NCBI GenBank assembly: GCA_013389055.1
Contig: JACAEC010000152.1
Coordinates: 13,976-77,975 of the forward strand
Direction: 5' to 3'
Source: Hydrogenophilaceae bacterium
Lineage (GTDB): Bacteria; Pseudomonadota; Gammaproteobacteria; Burkholderiales; Thiobacillaceae
Length of the DNA stretch: 64,000 bases
Positions 50,553 to 59,965 of the stretch are shown here, one piece after another. Each line of letters starts with the position of its first letter. Position 1 is the stretch's first letter. The position numbers were made by a program, and so were the translations under genes. The notes beneath the pieces are model-generated. The model searched no databases. It was not told where the DNA came from and saw only the letters and a program-made list of their open reading frames with translations.

Positions 50553-51221
50553 ATGAATCGCGATATCGTCATCCGGGCGGCACCGTTCGCCGCCTATCTC
50601 CTGTTCCTGGCGATCGAGGACCTGGCTGCCGGCATGCCCGGGGTGGACTTCGATATCCGCTGGCTCTATGCCGTCAAGGCCGGCCTGGTTGCGGCCATCC
50701 TCCTGTTCCTGATTCGAGATTATGAAGAACTGCGTAGACTGCCCGGCAATCGGCTATGGCTGCTGGCGGGCGCCCCGGCAGTGGGTGCCGTTGTGTTCGC
50801 CTTGTGGATTCATCTCGACCAGGGCTTCCTGAATCTCGGCGATCACCCGGGATTCGATCCGCGGTCGGGCGCCGACGGCACGATCGACTGGCGCCTTGAC
50901 GCCGTCAGGCTGGCCGGCGCAACGCTTGTGGTGCCAGTCATGGAGGAATTGTTCTGGCGCTCGTTCCTCATGCGCTGGATCGACCGCCAGGATTTTCTTT
51001 CCATCGCTCCCGCTGCCGTCAGCCTGAAAGCAGTCCTTGTCGCCAGCATAACCTTCGGCTTCGCGCACTCACTCTGGCTGGCCGGCATCATCGCCGGCTT
51101 GGTCTATGCCTGGCTCTATCGCGCCAGCGGCAGCCTGTGGCCGCCCATCCTGGCTCATGCGGTCACCAATGGGCTCCTGGGCATATGGGTGCTGCGAACC
51201 GGCAGTTGGCAGTTCTGGTAG
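50553..51221 (+). CDS. CAAX prenyl protease-related protein (exosortase-associated)
   Basis: VVPVMEELFWRSFLMRW, FGFAH, AHAVTN motifs. Confidence 0.9.
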   Translation: MNRDIVIRAAPFAAYLLFLAIEDLAAGMPGVDFDIRWLYAVKAGLVAAILLFLIRDYEELRRLPGNRLWLLAGAPAVGAVVFALWIHLDQGFLNLGDHPGFDPRSGADGTIDWRLDAVRLAGATLVVPVMEELFWRSFLMRWIDRQDFLSIAPAAVSLKAVLVASITFGFAHSLWLAGIIAGLVYAWLYRASGSLWPPILAHAVTNGLLGIWVLRTGSWQFW

Positions 51222-51301
51222 AGCGGCCAGCGAAAAGACAGCGGGTAGAAGTTTGAAGCCAGGCTGATTGCTGACAGCCAACGGCTATGTGCCAGCCGCT
51301 T

Positions 51302-52693
51302 TCAGTACGCCTGCCTGTCGCGGATCACCAGCAGAATCGTGCGCAGGATGATCTCCAAATCCAGATGCAGTGACCATCGGCGTAGATATTCCAGGTCGTA
51401 TTCGATGCGCTTCTGCATCTTCTCGACCGTGTCGGTCTCACCCCGGCAGCCGCTGACCTGCGCCAAGCCGGTGATGCCGGGCTTGACCTTGTGGCGCACC
51501 ATATAGCCCTTGACCAGCTTGCGATACAGCTCGTTGTGGGCCACGGCGTGCGGACGCGGGCCGACCACGCTCATCCGGCCCTGTAGCACATTGATGAACT
51601 GGGGCAGTTCGTCCAGCGAAGTACGGCGCAGGACCGCACCGATGCGGGTCACCCGCTTGTCTTCCTTCTTCGCCTGCTCGATCACCGGGCCATCTTCGCA
51701 CACGGTCATGGAACGGAACTTGTAGACGATGATCTCCTGGCCGTCCAGGCCGTAACGGCGCTGCTTGAACAACACAGGGCCGGGTGAAGACAGCTTGACC
51801 GCCACGGAAATGGCCAGCATGAGTGGCGCGATCAGGGTCAGGATCGAGCCGGCGACGACGACATCGCTGGCTCGCTTGACCAGGCCGTTGATGCCGTAGA
51901 ACGGCGTTTCGCATACCGCCACCACCGGCATGCCGCCAATCTCATCGACCCGTGCCTGGATCAGGTCGGTGACGAAAATGTCCGGCACGAAATAGATCGA
52001 GCCGGTCGAATCCTTCAAATCGTCCAGCAGCTTCAGGATGCGCGGCTGGGAGGCCATGGGCAACGCAATAAAAATGGCGTCGGCCTTGCTCTGCTGAATG
52101 TATTCAGCCACCCCCCCCAGCCGGCCAAGCAGACGGCCGTGGCGAATCTCGCCCAGACGTTCCAGGCTGCGATCGTCGAAAAAGCCGAGGAACTGGACAC
52201 CCAGATAATGGTTGAGGCAAAACTGCTCTGCCAGACGGCAGCCGATGTCGTTGGCGCCGATGATCACCGCCCTGCGGACGCCTTCCATGGCATACAGCCC
52301 CGGCCAGACCTGCGGCAACAGCAGATGGGAGGCAAGCCAAACGATCGGAACGCCCAAAGCCCATGCCTTCAGGGCATCGTCGTCGAAAAGATGCAGATAA
52401 TGGGTGCCGTAGCCCAGGAGAAAAAGAATGCCCACGGTCGGCAGCCACTGCATGAGGATTTCCCGAAGGTAACTCCGGGCCTTGTCGTGCAAGGCCATGC
52501 TGCCGGGGTAGAGCATGGAGAACAGGATGATCGAGAACAGGATCTCAGGCCCGTCTATGGCCTCGTCGTAATAGGCGTTGGCCGCGAACAGAACGATCAC
52601 CGCCATGGCCGGATCCCAGATCGCCTTGAGGAAACTGGTTTTGGAAGCGCCCCGATGGAAGAGGTTGAGGGGAGTGGCGTGGCTGGTCAGCAT
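51302..52693 (-). CDS. wcaJ: Undecaprenyl-phosphate glucose phosphotransferase (initiating sugar transferase)
   Basis: KRASD, YKFRSM, SLDELPQFINVLQGRMSVVGPRPHA, KPGITGLAQ; start adjusted to ATG 52693. Confidence 0.92.
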   Translation of the reverse strand: MLTSHATPLNLFHRGASKTSFLKAIWDPAMAVIVLFAANAYYDEAIDGPEILFSIILFSMLYPGSMALHDKARSYLREILMQWLPTVGILFLLGYGTHYLHLFDDDALKAWALGVPIVWLASHLLLPQVWPGLYAMEGVRRAVIIGANDIGCRLAEQFCLNHYLGVQFLGFFDDRSLERLGEIRHGRLLGRLGGVAEYIQQSKADAIFIALPMASQPRILKLLDDLKDSTGSIYFVPDIFVTDLIQARVDEIGGMPVVAVCETPFYGINGLVKRASDVVVAGSILTLIAPLMLAISVAVKLSSPGPVLFKQRRYGLDGQEIIVYKFRSMTVCEDGPVIEQAKKEDKRVTRIGAVLRRTSLDELPQFINVLQGRMSVVGPRPHAVAHNELYRKLVKGYMVRHKVKPGITGLAQVSGCRGETDTVEKMQKRIEYDLEYLRRWSLHLDLEIILRTILLVIRDRQAY

Positions 52694-52919
52694 ATCGATG
52701 GAACCAGCCTCGAAGCTGGAAGCCATCAATTCTCGACGATGATTCTTACAAAACCATTTCCGCAACGGTCGGGCGCCTGGCAATCCGGCGCATACCGTTC
52801 ATATTCCTGCAACAGGAACCTCGCATCATGCCACAGCGATAGATTGCGGCCCCTGTCGCGACAGGTGGCCGCTGCATCCGATTTAACCAGCGCGAGTGCC
52901 GCAGATTCCGATTCAAGCC

Positions 52920-53813
52920 ATGGACGATACCCTGACCCCACCCTCCCTGGACCGGCACATCCCGCCGTCATGGTTTGTCTGGCTGCCGACCCTGCTGGGC
53001 CTGGCGATTCTCTATCTGCCGACTTATTGGTATCTGGCGAACCACACCTGGACCCAGGATGAGCACGCCCATGGTCCGCTGATTCTGATCGTCGCCCTGT
53101 ATCTCGCTTGGCAGCAGCGCGAGGTTTTCCTGCGGACTACGCCGTCGCCGGCACAACTCGTCGGCTGGCCGATCGCGATTTTCGGCTTGCTGCTTTACGC
53201 ATTGGGCCGCTCCCAGGAAATCGTCATCATGGAGATCGGCTCGCAGATTCCTGTCCTGCTCGGCACGCTCTTGATCACCTTGGGTTGGCGGGCGGTCCGA
53301 ACCCTCTGGTTCCCGCTGCTGTTCCTCGTGTTCATGATTCCGCTGCCGGGCTTCATGGTGGATGCCGCCACCGGGCCGCTCAAGCACCAGGTCTCGGTGC
53401 TCGCCGAGGGCATCCTCTACCTGTTCGATTATCCGATCGCCCGCAACGGCGTCGTTCTGACCATCGGCCCCTACCAACTCCTGGTGGCCGACGCTTGCTC
53501 GGGCCTGCACTCGATGTTCAGCTTGAGCGCCCTCGGCCTGCTATACGTCCACCTGATGCAGCACCGAAGCTGGCTGCGCAACGGCATTCTGATCGCCGCC
53601 ATCCTGCCGATCGCCTTTGCCGCCAATGTCGCCCGCGTCATCATCCTGGTACTGGTCACCTATCACTTCGGCGACGCCGCAGCCCAGGGCATCGTCCACG
53701 ATTCCGCCGGCATCCTGCTGTTCGTCGTCGCCCTGCTGCTCCTGTTCGGCCTCGACAGCCTCCTCGGCCTGCTACCTGGCCGGCACAATCGACCTGGCAC
53801 AGGCAAACCCTGA
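52920..53813 (+). CDS. xrtB: Exosortase B (EpsH)
   Basis: W...EHAHGPLI, YQLLVADACSG (Cys), ANVAR (Arg), IVHD (His); separate epsI follows. Confidence 0.92.
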   Translation: MDDTLTPPSLDRHIPPSWFVWLPTLLGLAILYLPTYWYLANHTWTQDEHAHGPLILIVALYLAWQQREVFLRTTPSPAQLVGWPIAIFGLLLYALGRSQEIVIMEIGSQIPVLLGTLLITLGWRAVRTLWFPLLFLVFMIPLPGFMVDAATGPLKHQVSVLAEGILYLFDYPIARNGVVLTIGPYQLLVADACSGLHSMFSLSALGLLYVHLMQHRSWLRNGILIAAILPIAFAANVARVIILVLVTYHFGDAAAQGIVHDSAGILLFVVALLLLFGLDSLLGLLPGRHNRPGTGKP

Positions 53814-53834
53814 CCGGGACCAGCGAGAAGAACC

Positions 53835-54524
53835 ATGCGCATCATGAACACCCGCCACCTCGCCCTCGCCCTGGCCATGCTGGCCGCGGCCGGCCTCGCC
53901 TTTGCCCTGACCCCGCGCGACAAGGTCGCCGACCAGGGCCCCAAGCTCGACCTCGACCGCATGATTCCCAAGCAATTCGGTGCCTGGAACATGGACGAGA
54001 ACATCGTCCCCCTGCAACCCGATCCGGAAACCACCGCCCTGCTCGACAAGCTCTACAACCAGACGCTGATGCGCACCTACGTCAATGACAAGGGTGAGCG
54101 GATCATGCTCTCCATCGCCTACGGCGGCGACCAGAGCGAGTCCATGCAGGTGCACAAGCCCGAGGTCTGCTACCCCGCCCAGGGTTTCCAGGTCGTGAAG
54201 GAATTCGACGCCAAACTGGACACCGGTGTCGGCACCATTCCCGTCCGGCGTCTGGTAACCGCCCAAGGCATGCGGATCGAACCGGTCACCTACTGGATGA
54301 CCATCGGCGACAAGGTCGCCTTCGGCCATACGGCAAGCTGGAAGCTCGAACAGCTCAGGTTCGGCCTCACCGGCAAGATTCCGGACGGGCTGCTGTTCCG
54401 GGTTTCGAGCATCTCCGACGACGACGCTCGCGCCTATGCATTGCAGGATCGCTTCGTCAAGGAAATGCTGAACGCCCTGCCCGCGGAATCCCGCACGCGC
54501 CTCATCGGTCGCGCCACCCTCTAA
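53835..54524 (+). CDS. epsI: Exosortase-associated protein EpsI (B-type)
   Basis: IPKQFGAW, LYNQTLMRTY, IMLSIAYGGDQ, HKPEVCYPAQGF, PDGLLFRVS. Confidence 0.92.
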   Translation: MRIMNTRHLALALAMLAAAGLAFALTPRDKVADQGPKLDLDRMIPKQFGAWNMDENIVPLQPDPETTALLDKLYNQTLMRTYVNDKGERIMLSIAYGGDQSESMQVHKPEVCYPAQGFQVVKEFDAKLDTGVGTIPVRRLVTAQGMRIEPVTYWMTIGDKVAFGHTASWKLEQLRFGLTGKIPDGLLFRVSSISDDDARAYALQDRFVKEMLNALPAESRTRLIGRATL

Positions 54525-54593
54525 GCCGCGACCGGCCGATCTTTACGCCAGCGGGGCGCCCCGCCGGGCCGACTGTCCAAACGGCTCATCGAA

Positions 54594-56891
54594 ATGGCGG
54601 TGCGCCGTCATCGCGGCGCAATATGTCCGCCCCACATTGGCGTGATGATCAAGATCGGCCTGCCCCACACTCGTTTGATCCGGTTCGCCGGTTTGGCTGC
54701 TCTCTGGCTTGCCTGCGGGCAGCCGGCCATGGCCCAGCAACTGGTGCAGCCCTCGCTGCCGACTTGGGCGGCTAGCAAAGTCGCCGCCCAACATTGGCCG
54801 CGCATCGAGTCGGGCGAGGTGCGGGAGTTCATCGTCCAATTCGACGATGGCGACATCCAGCCCGAGGCACGCGAGAGCAAACTGCGCCGCAACCTCAAGT
54901 TCGACGATACCGAGATCACGGCCCGCAAGGTGACGCGCTACAAGCAACTCAAGGATCAGGTCAAAGCGGTGATGGCGCCAGGCGAAGTCGAGGTCGTGCG
55001 CGAGTACAGCCACTTGCCCATGAGCTTCATCCGCGTCCGCGACCTCGCCAGTCTGCAGAAATTGCTGCGCCGCAAGGATGTATTGGCGATCCATCCGGAT
55101 GAAAAACTCGAACTGCACCTCAACGAGAGCCTGCCCCTGATCGGCCAGCCCGCGGTCGCCGGCATCGCCAACTATCGCGGCGGCGGCACCGCCGTGGCCG
55201 TGCTCGACACCGGGGTCAACTACACCCACGCCGCCTTCGGCCCCTGCACCGCACCCGGCACGCCAAGCGCCAGCTGCAAGGTCATCTATGCGGCAGACAT
55301 CGCGCCGAACGACGGCAGCCTGGATGCTGACGGCCACGGCAGCAACGTCGCGGCCATCTCCGTCGGCGTGGCGTCGGACACGAAGATCGTGGCCCTGGAT
55401 GTCTTCAACGGTACCGGCGCCAGCCTCAGCGACATCCTCACCGGCATCGACCACGTGATCGATCTCAAAACCCTGCCGCCCTATTACAACATCGTCGCCA
55501 TCAACCTGAGCCTCGGCAGTTCAGCTAAGCCAACCGCGGCTCAGTGCTCGGCCACGACAGCCAACCCCATCTACAACCCCATCAGCGAAGCCAGCGGCGT
55601 AGGCATCCTCACCGTGATCTCCTCCGGCAACAGCGGATGGACCGACACCATCGCCTGGCCGGCCTGCACGCCGGGCGCCGTCTCGGTCGGCGCGGTCTAC
55701 GACGCCAACGTCGGCGGTTTAAGCTGGGGTGGCAGCGCCAACTGCACCGACAGCACCACCGCGCCAGACAAGATCACCTGCTTTTCCAACAGCGCCGCCT
55801 CGCTGACCATGCTGGCGCCGGGCGCGCTGATCGCCGCCGCCGGCATCACCTACGGCGGCACTTCCCAGGCCGCACCCCATGTGGCCGGCGCGGTGGCCGC
55901 GCTGCGAGGGGCCTATCCGGATGAGACCCTGGATCAGACGCAGGCTCGCATGCTGAACAACGGCAAATCGATCACCGACCCCCGGAATGGCGTGGTCAAG
56001 CCCAGACTGAACCTGGCCGCCTCGTTCAGCACCGGTCCGGGCAACGACCTGTTTGCCCAAGCCGCCGGCCTGAGCGGCCAAAGCGGCCAGGCCAGCGGCG
56101 GCACCGTCAATGCCACCAAGGAAGTCGGCGAGCCTAACCACGCCGGCGACGTCGGCGGCAAATCGGTCTGGTACCTGTGGACCGCCCCTGCCAGCGGCCT
56201 GGTCAATCTCGACACCCACGGCAGCGGCTTCGATACCCTGCTCGCGGTATACACCGGCACCACGGTCGGCGGCCTGAGCGCCATCGCCGCCAACGACGAC
56301 GACGGCAGTCCCGGCTATGTCAGCGGCCTGAGCTTCGACGCCAGCGCAGGCACCACCTATCGAATCGCCGTGGACGGCTGGCTGGGCGCGAGCGGCGCAC
56401 TCGTCCTCAACTGGGCCTACTACGTCCCGTCGAGCGACCTGGCCGTCTCCCTCATCGCGGCGCCGAATCCCATCCAACTCGGCGGCAATCTCGTCTACGC
56501 CGCCACGGTCCAAAACCTGGGGCCGGACACGGCGGCCGGCGTCAACCTGCAATTGACGTTGCCGGCCAATGCCGCTTTCGTCTCCGCCAGCAGCGGCTGT
56601 CTGCACAACAACGGCGTGGTCGACTGCGTCCTCGGTGGCTTGGCCAACAACGCCAGCATTGGAATCGAAGTCACCGTCGCCCCTCAGTCGGAAGGTTTGC
56701 TGACTGCCACGGCCACAGCCACGCTGAGCAGCGGCCTCGACCCGGTCCTCGGCAACGAGGCCGTCAGCGCAAGCAGCCAAGTGGTCGCACCGCTGCCGAG
56801 CGGCAACGATAGCGGCGATGTCCCGATTCCGCCTTGGGCCCTTCTGCTGTTGGGAGCAGGACTCTATGGCCTGCTCTTGCGCCGGCCATGA
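54594..56891 (+). CDS. Secreted S8 subtilisin-like peptidase with PPC-like and DUF11-like domains and a C-terminal sorting signal
   Basis: Catalytic triad in LDTG, HGSNV, GTSQAAPHVAG; FDTLLAVY...ANDD; DLAV...NLGPD; tail GDVPIPPWALLLLGAGLYGLLLRRP. The start is uncertain (ATG 54645 possible). Confidence 0.88.
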   Translation: MAVRRHRGAICPPHIGVMIKIGLPHTRLIRFAGLAALWLACGQPAMAQQLVQPSLPTWAASKVAAQHWPRIESGEVREFIVQFDDGDIQPEARESKLRRNLKFDDTEITARKVTRYKQLKDQVKAVMAPGEVEVVREYSHLPMSFIRVRDLASLQKLLRRKDVLAIHPDEKLELHLNESLPLIGQPAVAGIANYRGGGTAVAVLDTGVNYTHAAFGPCTAPGTPSASCKVIYAADIAPNDGSLDADGHGSNVAAISVGVASDTKIVALDVFNGTGASLSDILTGIDHVIDLKTLPPYYNIVAINLSLGSSAKPTAAQCSATTANPIYNPISEASGVGILTVISSGNSGWTDTIAWPACTPGAVSVGAVYDANVGGLSWGGSANCTDSTTAPDKITCFSNSAASLTMLAPGALIAAAGITYGGTSQAAPHVAGAVAALRGAYPDETLDQTQARMLNNGKSITDPRNGVVKPRLNLAASFSTGPGNDLFAQAAGLSGQSGQASGGTVNATKEVGEPNHAGDVGGKSVWYLWTAPASGLVNLDTHGSGFDTLLAVYTGTTVGGLSAIAANDDDGSPGYVSGLSFDASAGTTYRIAVDGWLGASGALVLNWAYYVPSSDLAVSLIAAPNPIQLGGNLVYAATVQNLGPDTAAGVNLQLTLPANAAFVSASSGCLHNNGVVDCVLGGLANNASIGIEVTVAPQSEGLLTATATATLSSGLDPVLGNEAVSASSQVVAPLPSGNDSGDVPIPPWALLLLGAGLYGLLLRRP

Positions 56892-56906
56892 CAGGTTTCA
56901 CCCTGC

Positions 56907-56926
56907 CATGAGCCGATCGGCTCATG
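56907..56926. other. Perfect 20-bp palindrome (hairpin or operator)
   Basis: CATGAGCCGATCGGCTCATG just after the subtilase stop. Confidence 0.6.
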
Positions 56927-57092
56927 ATTTCTACCGCTTCGTGTCAAGCCCCTGTCATCTGGCCCAAGCAGGATAGTGACCCTTGTGCGCTCGGTGGCAT
57001 CTGCGGCCGAGCCCGATGACCCGGTTGGAATGCTGCCAGCGATTCGACTGCACGGCAGGATTGCGTGAGCCCTGATTCTCAAGGAAACGAGC

Positions 57093-57821
57093 ATGCTGAA
57101 TCGACAACACTCCCGGCTCGCGCTTGCCTTGCTGCTAGGGATGTCACTGCATAGCCTGCCTGCGCAAGCCGGCGGCAGCCGGGACAAACCGTCCGACCGG
57201 CTGCAAGCGACTGTGCCTACCAAGCCGATTCGGGAAATCGCCTTCCTTGAAGAAGCGCGGGGCGATGGCCGGGAATTCGAGCGCCGTCTGGAAATCTTGT
57301 CCGATGGCGGCCTTAACCTGAGCCCGGGAGGGGCGGTGGACCTGACCTTCGATCGAAACGACGGCCAGAAAACGCCGGTTCCGAACCGCCGGGGCGGCCA
57401 GCTCCTCCTGCTTACGAACGACAACGACAATGGCAGCGATGAATTACGCTTGAAGACCACAGATAGTCCAAGGCGCCGTGAAGCGAAGACAGTCGTGCCC
57501 GACACACGGGAATGGCGGCAATTCATCCTCGATGAGAAAAATAGTAGCTGGAGCCAACAGCCTCGGCCGGAATCCTTCTCGGATGGCAGTCGACGCCATG
57601 CGCGTGCGCCTGATCGGGACGATGACCATCCCGGTTACGGCCGTGGTCACGATGACGATCATGAGGAGTACGAAGGCCACGATTGCCTGCCTCCGAACGG
57701 CCCGCCGTCCGGCAATCCAATGCCTGTGCCTGAAACGGACGCCTATCTCCTGATGCTGGCCGGCCTCGCCGTCGTGGGCTTCGCGGCCCGGCGGCGGCAT
57801 GCGCCACCCGCTCCCGAATAA
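57093..57821 (+). CDS. PEP-CTERM sorting domain protein
   Basis: Signal peptide; C-terminal PVPETDAYLLMLAGLAVVGFAARRR. Confidence 0.85.
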   Translation: MLNRQHSRLALALLLGMSLHSLPAQAGGSRDKPSDRLQATVPTKPIREIAFLEEARGDGREFERRLEILSDGGLNLSPGGAVDLTFDRNDGQKTPVPNRRGGQLLLLTNDNDNGSDELRLKTTDSPRRREAKTVVPDTREWRQFILDEKNSSWSQQPRPESFSDGSRRHARAPDRDDDHPGYGRGHDDDHEEYEGHDCLPPNGPPSGNPMPVPETDAYLLMLAGLAVVGFAARRRHAPPAPE

Positions 57822-57851
57822 AGCCCATTTGCCATATTGCTGGACAATTTC

Positions 57852-58409
57852 ATGTATCGATCGATCTTTCTCCTGGCCCTCATGCTGTCCGGCCATGCCG
57901 GCAACGCCCTGGCGGCGGGACCGGGGTATCTGGGCGACCTCAATGGCCAAACCTTCAGCATCGGCAACACCCGCAATGTCGGTGCGTTATTCCCGGCAGG
58001 CAGCACCTTCTCCGATGTCTATTTCTTCGATCTCGGCGCCAACTCTGCACTGGCCGCAAGTACCGTGACCATCGACCTTGACCTGCCGCAGGTTCCCGGG
58101 CCGGAGTTTGGTTTGTCGGACATGATGCTTCAACTCATGACGGCGGACGACCAGCTCGTCGCGATGGATAGGCTACAGCACCCGGGCGACACGGTATTGA
58201 CACTCGGCACGACTCTCCTCAAGGCCGATGGCTATAAGTTCATCGTGTCCGGCAAGGTGGTCGGCAACTTCGGCGGCAGCTATGGCGGCGTCCTGCAAAC
58301 CTATTCGCTGCCGATACCGGAGGCCGACGCTTACGTCTTGATCGCCTTGGGTGGCGTCCTGCTCGGCCTGCGGCTGCATGGCAGAAAATCCAGCTTGGCT
58401 GCGGCGTGA
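57852..58409 (+). CDS. FxDxF family PEP-CTERM protein
   Basis: Signal peptide, FSDVYFFDL, GGSYGG, PIPEADAYVLIALGGVLLGLRLHGRK. Confidence 0.85.
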   Translation: MYRSIFLLALMLSGHAGNALAAGPGYLGDLNGQTFSIGNTRNVGALFPAGSTFSDVYFFDLGANSALAASTVTIDLDLPQVPGPEFGLSDMMLQLMTADDQLVAMDRLQHPGDTVLTLGTTLLKADGYKFIVSGKVVGNFGGSYGGVLQTYSLPIPEADAYVLIALGGVLLGLRLHGRKSSLAAA

Positions 58410-58495
58410 GCCTTTAGGGCAAGGACTACACAGCGCAACCGCGCCACCCAACCGGCTGCAATAGACCTGTCGTTCGGCTGGGCTATCATGCCGGC

Positions 58496-59470
58496 ATGAT
58501 GCTTCGCGGCTGGCCATTCCACTTTATCCTGTTCGCCCTGTGCTTGTTCCCGGGCCAGGCGTTGGCCATCATCGGCGGCGAGGGCATAGACCCGAACCGG
58601 GCCGATTCGCCGTGGGCCGGCGTCGGCTCCATTACCATCAAGGACGGCGGCACCTACAGCGGAGCCCTGATCAGTCGCCGTCATGTCCTGACCGCGGCTC
58701 ACGTGGTCATGGGCAAGCAGGCTACGCCCGCCGATATCACCTTCAACCTGAATTACGGCAGCGACCTGACCTATCGCTTCCCTGCCGCGGCAATCTATCT
58801 CTTTCCCGACTACCGAGGCACCCGGCCTACACGCGACGGCCTCTGGCATGACGACATTGCCGTGATCGAACTGAGTGTGGCGGTGCCGGCCGGCGTCCCG
58901 GTCTACCCACTTTATCGAGGCATCCCTGGCATCAACGAAAGCAGCCGGGATATCGTCTTCGTAGGCTATGGCGCAGGCGATGATGCGACGCGCAGCCAGC
59001 GCCTGCCGCCCAACCCCAGCGTCAAGCGGATTGGCCGCAACCAGGTCGACCTGCTGGTCCGCAACCCCCAGAAGGACGTCGGCTTCGATCTGTTCGTCTA
59101 CCACTTCGCTGACGCCAAGGGCGAGGCCAGGCAATCGTCTCATGCCGCCTTCGTCACCGCGCCGGAGGCCCTGTTCGCCGGCGGCGACTCGGGCAGCCCG
59201 ATATTCGTCCAGGAGGGGGGGGTCTGGAAGATCGCCGGCGTCGCCACCTTCGCCAGCTCGCAGGGGGAGGGTCACGCGAACCTCGATTCGTTCGCCGCCA
59301 TCGGCGGCGGCACGCTGATTGCCCCCTATCTGGACTGGATCAAGGACCGGACCACTCAGACCGCTCAACCGCCAGCACCGGCCTCCGGCTCTACTTGGAT
59401 CTGGCTAGCCGTCGCCGCCGCCGGCACCTGGCCGGCCTATCGTCTGTTGCGACGTCGCAGAGCACGCTGA
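58496..59470 (+). CDS. Trypsin-like serine protease with a C-terminal hydrophobic/basic tail
   Basis: Signal peptide, IIGG, LTAAH, DDIAV, GDSGSP; tail PPAPASGSTWIWLAVAAAG...LLRRRRAR. Confidence 0.88.
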   Translation: MMLRGWPFHFILFALCLFPGQALAIIGGEGIDPNRADSPWAGVGSITIKDGGTYSGALISRRHVLTAAHVVMGKQATPADITFNLNYGSDLTYRFPAAAIYLFPDYRGTRPTRDGLWHDDIAVIELSVAVPAGVPVYPLYRGIPGINESSRDIVFVGYGAGDDATRSQRLPPNPSVKRIGRNQVDLLVRNPQKDVGFDLFVYHFADAKGEARQSSHAAFVTAPEALFAGGDSGSPIFVQEGGVWKIAGVATFASSQGEGHANLDSFAAIGGGTLIAPYLDWIKDRTTQTAQPPAPASGSTWIWLAVAAAGTWPAYRLLRRRRAR

Positions 59471-59509
59471 CAGGCGCAGCGGCCGGCACCACACCCGGCG
59501 TGCTGCCGC

Positions 59510-59719
59510 TCAGTCGTGGCTCTTGATCGAATCGAAAACCAGACCGTCCTGCGTCTGGAGAAACAGTTCACGGATTGCCATGCCATCCGGCCAAACCTCT
59601 TCGGCCCGCAAGTACATATCCGTGAACTCATCGGGCCAGTCATCCTCCAGGCTGCAACTCGGTCCCTCGCTATCGACGAGTTCCGGATCATCCACCTGCT
59701 CATGCTCGTGTTCGGACAT
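59510..59719 (-). CDS. Small acidic hypothetical protein (69 aa)
   Basis: ATG preceded by GAGGTG; fills an otherwise empty gap; very Asp/Glu-rich. Confidence 0.5.
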   Translation of the reverse strand: MSEHEHEQVDDPELVDSEGPSCSLEDDWPDEFTDMYLRAEEVWPDGMAIRELFLQTQDGLVFDSIKSHD

Positions 59720-59965
59720 GGCAACACCTCATCTGAGTGCTTTGGGAAGATGATCTTCCCGTGCTTGCATTTAAGAAAGATGACGTAAGGGGAGTTCATA
59801 AACAATTCATCTCATACGCACCGATGACGTTGTATGCGCGCCAATCGTCGATAAGATTTCCGCGCATGCGATTCATATGGCCGTAACGAAGTGGCGCGAT
59901 CATCGTTTCCGACGACGAGCAGGTAACGAGCAGCTTCATCCAACCACGGCGGCAGTCCTCCTCTC

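Noticed and set aside
51174-51183. CTCCTGGGCA matching the tRNA-Leu 3' end (possible attR)
   Set aside because: Only 10 bp, inside an intact CDS, and no integrase; expected by chance
52694-52919. Sigma54/PrsR-type promoter for the exosortase or PEP-CTERM genes
   Set aside because: TGGCA-containing stretches here and upstream of 57093 lack the GG-N10-GC spacing
59847-59854. GTCGATAA as a sigma28 -10 box upstream of lapG
   Set aside because: No TAAA/TCAA-like -35 at the required spacing
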